Made by a program: the position numbers and the translations under genes
In this document: piece after piece, positions 26,785 to 32,000 of the stretch
Numbering within the stretch: position 1 is the stretch's first letter
Layout of the letters: each line of letters opens with the position of its first letter
Notes under the pieces: generated by a model
What the model was told of the DNA's origin: nothing
What the model saw: only the letters and a program-made list of their open reading frames with translations
Databases searched by the model: none
From: Mycolicibacterium smegmatis
Lineage (GTDB): Bacteria > Actinomycetota > Actinomycetes > Mycobacteriales > Mycobacteriaceae
Direction: 5' to 3'
NCBI RefSeq assembly: GCF_001457595.1
Contig: NZ_LN831039.1
Coordinates: 6,600,001 to 6,632,000 of the forward strand
DNA: 32,000 nucleotides

Positions 26785-28047
26785 ATGCAGACTGACGACC
26801 TGATCCTCGTGAGCATCGACGACCACGTCGTGGAACCGCCGGACATGTTCCTGCGCCACGTCCCGGCCAAGTACCGGGACGAGGCGCCCATCGTCGTCAC
26901 GGACGAAAAAGGCGTCGACCAGTGGATGTACCAGGGGCGCCCGCAGGGGGTGAGCGGTCTCAACGCGGTGGTGTCGTGGCCGGCCGAGGAATGGGGACGT
27001 GATCCGGCGGGCTTCGCCGAGATGCGTCCCGGCGTCTACGACGTGCACGAGCGCGTGCGGGACATGAACCGCAACGGCATCCTCGCCTCGATGTGCTTCC
27101 CGACGTTCACCGGGTTCTCGGCGCGGCATCTCAACATGCACCGCGAGGAGGCCACACTCGTGATGGTGTCGGCCTACAACGACTGGCACATCGACGAATG
27201 GGCGGGTTCCTACCCGGACCGGTTCATCCCGATCGCGATCCTGCCGACCTGGAACCCCGAGGCCATGTGCCGCGAGATCCGCCGTGTCGCGGCCAAGGGA
27301 TGCCGTGCGGTGACCATGCCCGAACTGCCGCATCTTGAGGGCCTTCCGAGCTATCACGACGACGACTACTGGGGCCCGGTGTTCACCACGCTGTCGGAGG
27401 AGAACGTGGTGATGTGCCTGCACATCGGCACGGGCTTCGGCGCGATCAGCATGGCGCCCAACGCGCCGATCGACAACCTGATCATCCTGGCCACCCAGGT
27501 CTCGGCGATGTGCGCGCAGGATCTGTTGTGGGGCCCGGCCATGCGCAACTACCCGGACCTGAAGTTCGCGTTCTCAGAAGGCGGAATCGGTTGGATCCCC
27601 TTCTATCTCGACCGCAGCGACCGTCACTACACCAATCAGAAGTGGCTGCGCCGGGACTTCGGCGACAAGCTGCCGTCGGACGTCTTCCGCGAGCACTCCC
27701 TGGCGTGCTACGTCACCGACAAGACATCGCTGAAGCTGCGGCACGAGATCGGCATCGACATCATCGCCTGGGAGTGCGACTACCCGCACTCGGACTGCTT
27801 CTGGCCGGATGCGCCCGAACAGGTGCTCGCCGAGCTGAACGCCGCCGGGGCCAGTGATTCCGACATCCACAAGATCACGTGGGAGAACGCCTGCCGGTTC
27901 TTCAGCTGGGATCCGTTCGCCCGCACGGCGCGCGAGGAAGCCACCGTGAAGGCTTTGCGTGCCAAGGGTTCCGACGTCGACGTGTCCATCCGCTCACGCG
28001 CCGAGTGGCGCAGGCTCTACGAAGAGAAGCGCCTCACCAAAGCATGA
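26785..28047 (+). CDS. Amidohydrolase family (metal-dependent hydrolase) protein
   Basis: ILVSIDDHVVEPPDMF; PRGV-like MRPGVYDVHERVRDMNRNGILASMCFP; IIAWECDYPHSDCFWPD. Confidence 0.9.
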   Translation: MQTDDLILVSIDDHVVEPPDMFLRHVPAKYRDEAPIVVTDEKGVDQWMYQGRPQGVSGLNAVVSWPAEEWGRDPAGFAEMRPGVYDVHERVRDMNRNGILASMCFPTFTGFSARHLNMHREEATLVMVSAYNDWHIDEWAGSYPDRFIPIAILPTWNPEAMCREIRRVAAKGCRAVTMPELPHLEGLPSYHDDDYWGPVFTTLSEENVVMCLHIGTGFGAISMAPNAPIDNLIILATQVSAMCAQDLLWGPAMRNYPDLKFAFSEGGIGWIPFYLDRSDRHYTNQKWLRRDFGDKLPSDVFREHSLACYVTDKTSLKLRHEIGIDIIAWECDYPHSDCFWPDAPEQVLAELNAAGASDSDIHKITWENACRFFSWDPFARTAREEATVKALRAKGSDVDVSIRSRAEWRRLYEEKRLTKA

Positions 28048-28080
28048 TCGGACCGGCGTGATCGGGCCGGCCTGATCGGC

Positions 28081-28497
28081 TCACTGCAGGACGATCGAAT
28101 CACCCTCCACCCCGACGCTTTTCGCGTCGAGTGGGCGCGCCGCGGGGCCTTTGGCGACGGTTCCGTCGAGGTTGAACTCGCTGCCGTGGCAGGGGCAGTG
28201 GATGGTGCCGTCGGCGATCTCGTTCACCGTGCAGCCTTTGTGTGTGCACTTCGACGAGAAGCCCTTGAACACGCCCGCTGTGGGCTGCGTGACCACGGTG
28301 TCGCCGACGATCACTCCGGACCCCACCGGCACGTCGGCGACCTCGGCGATCACCTCACCGCCGGCGGGTGCCGGCCCTGCAGAGTCTGACGGGTCACTCT
28401 TGGCGGGCCCGTCACCGTAGGCGGCGCACCCGGCGACCGCGGTGGCGGCCAGGGTGCTACCGGTGCCGACGAGCGCTTGGCGGCGAGTTGCGTGCAT
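28081..28497 (-). CDS. Rieske [2Fe-2S] domain lipoprotein with Tat-like signal
   Basis: MHATRRQALVGTGSTLAATAVAGC; CTHKGC and CPCHGSEF cluster motifs. Confidence 0.93.
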   Translation of the reverse strand: MHATRRQALVGTGSTLAATAVAGCAAYGDGPAKSDPSDSAGPAPAGGEVIAEVADVPVGSGVIVGDTVVTQPTAGVFKGFSSKCTHKGCTVNEIADGTIHCPCHGSEFNLDGTVAKGPAARPLDAKSVGVEGDSIVLQ

Positions 28498-28512
28498 GAG
28501 AATCCCTGCTTT

Positions 28513-29103
28513 CTAGAAGGTCAGGCCCGTGGTGTCGAAGAACCACAGCGCCGAGGTGAGCCAGACGTAGACGAGCACAAAGAACAGCAGACCACCCATG
28601 ACAGGGATGACCCACGGTTTCAGCCCTTTCCGGGTCAACAACATCATCTTGGCCACGAACACGCCGTAGAAGAAGCACCCGAACAGCGAGTGGAACAGCA
28701 CCCGCGAGTCGCCGCCCTGGAAACCCAGGGCGTACAGGCAGTGCACCGCGACCGGGACACTGGCCAGCACCGCGACCCGGCCCGACCACACGTGCGCCGG
28801 TCCGATCCATCGTGGTGCACGGCCGCTCGGCGTCAGCCGGTACATCACGAAAGCCGACACCAACTGGAAGACGGCCAGGCCGACGGCCAGCGTCGCCAGC
28901 CACGATTTCACCGCGGTCCCGCTGGAGAAGCCGGCCAGGCTGATCGAGAAGAACTGCGGCTCATGGACTCTGCCGAACACCCCGAGTCCGACCGCGACCG
29001 CGGACCCGACCAGGACGGGTACCAGGATCATCGAGGCGCCCGCGGGTGTGACGACCGGCGCGGGCCGGGTGGGCGCCGAGTAGAAATCGGGATCAGAAGA
29101 CAC
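28513..29103 (-). CDS. Multi-spanning membrane protein, probable partner of the Rieske protein (DUF6529-like)
   Basis: Five or so hydrophobic helices with conserved-looking His/Arg residues; GTG start at 29103 (VSSDPDFYSAP). Confidence 0.7.
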   Translation of the reverse strand: MSSDPDFYSAPTRPAPVVTPAGASMILVPVLVGSAVAVGLGVFGRVHEPQFFSISLAGFSSGTAVKSWLATLAVGLAVFQLVSAFVMYRLTPSGRAPRWIGPAHVWSGRVAVLASVPVAVHCLYALGFQGGDSRVLFHSLFGCFFYGVFVAKMMLLTRKGLKPWVIPVMGGLLFFVLVYVWLTSALWFFDTTGLTF

Positions 29104-29593
29104 TGGTGGCTCCCGGTACGGCGGTGAAGTCCCAGTTCTTGTCGTTGATGCGCAGGTTGCCGACGACGGTATTGCCCTGATGCGTGCCGTTGAGTTCGGA
29201 GGTCTTGGCCTGGTCGGCCAGCTTGAGCACGCCGTTCTCGGCGGTACCCCACATCCACGTCTCGATGCCCTTGTTGTCACATGCGTAGGCGCGTGCCTTG
29301 GCGCCGTCGACGCGGATCTCCAGCGCGATGTTGCCGGTCTTGGTGGGGATGTCGGCGACGAAGTCCTCACGGTCGGCGAAGGGGCGCGGCGCGGGGGTGG
29401 TGGGCGTGGTGGGCGGTGCCGCGGGCACCGGGGACACCGCGGCGGTGCCGGTCGGCGCCGGGGCCGTCGATGTCGCGGCAGGCGGATTTCCGGATGCGGT
29501 CGATTCAGGCTGTCGGCTGACGTTGAGCAGGAACAGGCCGGTTCCGACGACAGCGACAGCACCGATGGTGGCGATGGGTCCTTTGATGTTCAT
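29093..29593 (-). CDS. Exported hypothetical protein
   Basis: MNIKGPIATIGAVAVVGTGLFLLNVS then Thr/Pro linker and small domain; overlaps next CDS by ~11 nt. Confidence 0.65.
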   Translation of the reverse strand: MNIKGPIATIGAVAVVGTGLFLLNVSRQPESTASGNPPAATSTAPAPTGTAAVSPVPAAPPTTPTTPAPRPFADREDFVADIPTKTGNIALEIRVDGAKARAYACDNKGIETWMWGTAENGVLKLADQAKTSELNGTHQGNTVVGNLRINDKNWDFTAVPGATSVF

Positions 29594-29670
29594 GCCGACG
29601 AGCATGCGCGCCGGCCGCCACCTGGTACTTGGAGAAGATGTGGAGATCGTCTGGAGATATACCTGGCAAT

Positions 29671-30117
29671 TCAGGCGCGCAGGCTGACGTGCCCTGCCAC
29701 GCGGGATGCGAACACCTCGGTCTCGACCACGTCGACGTCCGTGATCCCGGCCGCCCCGAGTGCCGCGGCCTTGAACGCGCGACCGGCGCTGCTGAGCCGG
29801 TGTCGGTAGGTCTCCTGAGCCTGGGGCGCGGTCCCCCACACCAGCACGTCGGTGCAACGCGCCAGCAGCTCGTTGATGCCGCCCGCGCGAGCGTAACCAT
29901 CGGCCCCGATCGCCAGCATCCACCGGTCGTCGGCGAAGTCCGTGATGCCGTCGACGACGTCGGCGCCGAGAATCTCCAGCGGCCGAATCCCCTCGCCCCC
30001 AGCCAATTCGACCGTGACGCGCCACCCGGCCATCACGTGGTCGACGATCAGACCCGCGGCGTTGCCGACCACCTCGGCCACGTCATCTGCCACCACATGT
30101 AGCCGGTAGATGGTCAT
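29671..30117 (-). CDS. Hypothetical protein, 148 aa
   Basis: Complete ORF with plausible start and high-GC codon usage. Confidence 0.6.
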   Translation of the reverse strand: MTIYRLHVVADDVAEVVGNAAGLIVDHVMAGWRVTVELAGGEGIRPLEILGADVVDGITDFADDRWMLAIGADGYARAGGINELLARCTDVLVWGTAPQAQETYRHRLSSAGRAFKAAALGAAGITDVDVVETEVFASRVAGHVSLRA

Positions 30118-30355
30118 CGAGTTCTCCCTCGTCGGCGATTCACCGGATCACGCCCAAGCGGTGTTACGTCGCGTATGGACCGTTGACGAAGTCCACCAAG
30201 AACGGGTCGAACACCAGCTGTGATGTGTCATATGACCTCCCGCCCAGGCTCCGGCGCCTAACTGTAATAGTTACAGTAGGCAGGTTCAAGGGATTGACTT
30301 CGGCCGCTTGCTCCCAGTACAGAGTCGGCGTGTCGGCTATCTCGGGTAAGCAGGC

Positions 30356-31453
30356 TCAACCGACTGCGGCGTCACACGCAGACGCCACTAGACCTGCAAC
30401 CTTGATGGACGCATTCGCCAGGTGCTTATCCGCGGGGGCATAGGTAGTCAGAGCGAGTGCATAGGCCTGTCGGTATTGACTCGACAGGTCGGCGAAGTCG
30501 CGAAAGATGGCGTTGTCACTTCGTTGACCCAACACCAAAAGCTGGTTTGCGAGGAGGTTCATCACCGGCGTCACCTGCTCGTTTATGCGCTTCTGCTCGG
30601 GTGACCACTCAGTTCCCGGAATGTTGGGATCGGTTGCACGCCATTCTGCTGTATCAGCATCAAATGCTGTCAAAGTTGCGAGCCAATCACTGCACACAGG
30701 ATTGGGCTGCTGAAGGAAGGTTGCTGGGTCGCTGACGTCGTCCACTGGTGCAATTTGAGAAGGCGCAGGCAGGTGTGGGACTAGCGGCCCCCGCGCAGCT
30801 GCAGATCCGAACCCGATTGCAGCACAGATATTTCCAATGGCATCGGCAGCTGTGATAGCAACGCCGGCCAACGGATCATGCTTTCCCGTGTAGCCGGGAA
30901 CACTATCCGCATAGGCGACTGAGTAGGCGATGAACTGCTCGTAAAGCTCACGCATGACACGGTGCGGCGTTAGTTTCACGAGCGGAGCCAACTTCTCCGA
31001 TGCTCGGCGCATTGCATTCGCCACATCCTCGTACTGCGCGCGCACTTCGGGTGTCCAGGCCGACGCCGGTACGGCCGGGTCTCTGTTTTCCCAGCCATTC
31101 CGGATCTCGCCCCACCACTCTGAAAAGACGGGGTGCTGAGCCATGCATGTGGGGTCTTCGGTGATGACAGAGACGGGACCGTCATCGTCCGCGCTCGCCA
31201 CGTCGTGGGGACCCACGTTCCTTGATATTTCCGACGCCGTGGTCGAACCGTTGCCTTCACGAGTGACGAAGATCGTTACGGCGACCGTTACGCCGATGAT
31301 TACGACTATCGCAAGCCCACCGAGCATCCACCTCCAAGCACCACCACCTTTTGGCGGCCGAGGCGACGGGTACGGTCCGGAGTTGCCAGCAGCCGGGTAC
31401 TGGAATGCACCATCACCAGTAGGCGGCTTGCCATGTGGAGGCGGCATAGTCAC
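30356..31453 (-). CDS. Membrane-anchored hypothetical protein with Pro/Gly-rich N-terminus and one TM
   Basis: PFGGR.. cytoplasmic tail, TM WMLGGLAIVVIIGVTVAVTIFV, extracytoplasmic Cys-containing domain. Confidence 0.75.
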   Translation of the reverse strand: MTMPPPHGKPPTGDGAFQYPAAGNSGPYPSPRPPKGGGAWRWMLGGLAIVVIIGVTVAVTIFVTREGNGSTTASEISRNVGPHDVASADDDGPVSVITEDPTCMAQHPVFSEWWGEIRNGWENRDPAVPASAWTPEVRAQYEDVANAMRRASEKLAPLVKLTPHRVMRELYEQFIAYSVAYADSVPGYTGKHDPLAGVAITAADAIGNICAAIGFGSAAARGPLVPHLPAPSQIAPVDDVSDPATFLQQPNPVCSDWLATLTAFDADTAEWRATDPNIPGTEWSPEQKRINEQVTPVMNLLANQLLVLGQRSDNAIFRDFADLSSQYRQAYALALTTYAPADKHLANASIKVAGLVASACDAAVG

Positions 31454-31577
31454 CTAATCACCTCCCCCGAGTTCCGAGCCGTCAGCTGTCTGTTGGACCG
31501 ATTATCACAGCGGGCGCGTGCCCAACAGTGTTATCGCGTCGATATAATCGTCGCGCAGTTTGAACGTCCGGCTGCGC

Positions 31578-32000
31578 TCAGTGCGTGATCTGCCAGTCCG
31601 CGGCCTCGTGTTGCCGACGCCAGAACTCGTCGAACCGGCCACCGGCCGCGAGCAGACCGTCGATGGTGCCGTCCTCGACGATGCGCCCGCCGTCGAGGAA
31701 CAGCACCCGGTCGGCGTGCCGGATGCTCGCCAGGCGGTGCGCGACGATCACGCGCGTGCGGGGCCGCAGATCGGCGGTGAGTGCGTCGACCACGGCGGCC
31801 TCGTTCTCGGTGTCCAGAGCGCTGGTGGCCTCGTCGACGAGCAACACGGGCGCGGGTTTGACGAGCGCACGGGCGATGCTGACGCGTTGGCGCTCACCGC
31901 CGGACAGCGCGGCGCCGGCCTCGCCGACCTTCGACGCGTCACCTTTGGGCAGCCGCGCGGTGAGTTCGTCGACCCGCGCGAGCCGTACCGCAGCGGCCAG
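31578..32000 (-). CDS. ABC transporter ATP-binding protein, C-terminal part (runs off right edge)
   Basis: Signature LSGGERQRVSIARALVKPAPVLLVDEATSALD and VIVAHRLASI H-loop in reverse strand. Confidence 0.92.
   Translation of the reverse strand: MAAAVRLARVDELTARLPKGDASKVGEAGAALSGGERQRVSIARALVKPAPVLLVDEATSALDTENEAAVVDALTADLRPRTRVIVAHRLASIRHADRVLFLDGGRIVEDGTIDGLLAAGGRFDEFWRRQHEAADWQITH

Noticed and set aside
28048-28080. GATCGGxCCGGCxTGATCGG repeats between convergent genes considered as a terminator
   Set aside because: Possible weak CCGGC/GCCGG stem, but no U-tract and not strong enough to call.

Overview
High-GC actinobacterial window; several families point to Mycobacterium/Mycolicibacterium, inferred from content only. 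About 1-14.9 kb is an accessory region. It holds a minus-strand gene group (edge ORF, 837-aa protein with helical WXG/LXG-like N-terminus and Pro/Ser/Gly-rich linker, small membrane-anchored protein). A plus-strand polymorphic-toxin-like locus follows: a 673-aa protein with a GH-E type HNH nuclease signature and Lys-rich tail, an ankyrin-repeat putative immunity protein, then a degenerate second toxin-tail/ankyrin cassette. The region is broken up by three IS elements: IS256 family, IS3 family with a G_GGA_AAC -1 frameshift heptamer, and IS1380 family. The IS1380 element is flanked by a 5-bp CTAAG target duplication, and removing it in silico restores a beta-propeller-like reading frame. About 15-32 kb looks like chromosomal backbone: EF-G-like GTPase, carboxymuconolactone decarboxylase family protein, TetR regulator with a 28-bp perfect palindrome, SDR, orphan MCE-family protein, EamA-like transporter, a coupled SpoIIE-phosphatase / B12-binding / STAS operon, histidine phosphatase, AraC regulator, amidohydrolase, Rieske lipoprotein with membrane protein, and an ABC transporter C-terminus at the right edge. 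No rRNA, tRNA or CRISPR array was recognised. No database searches were possible.
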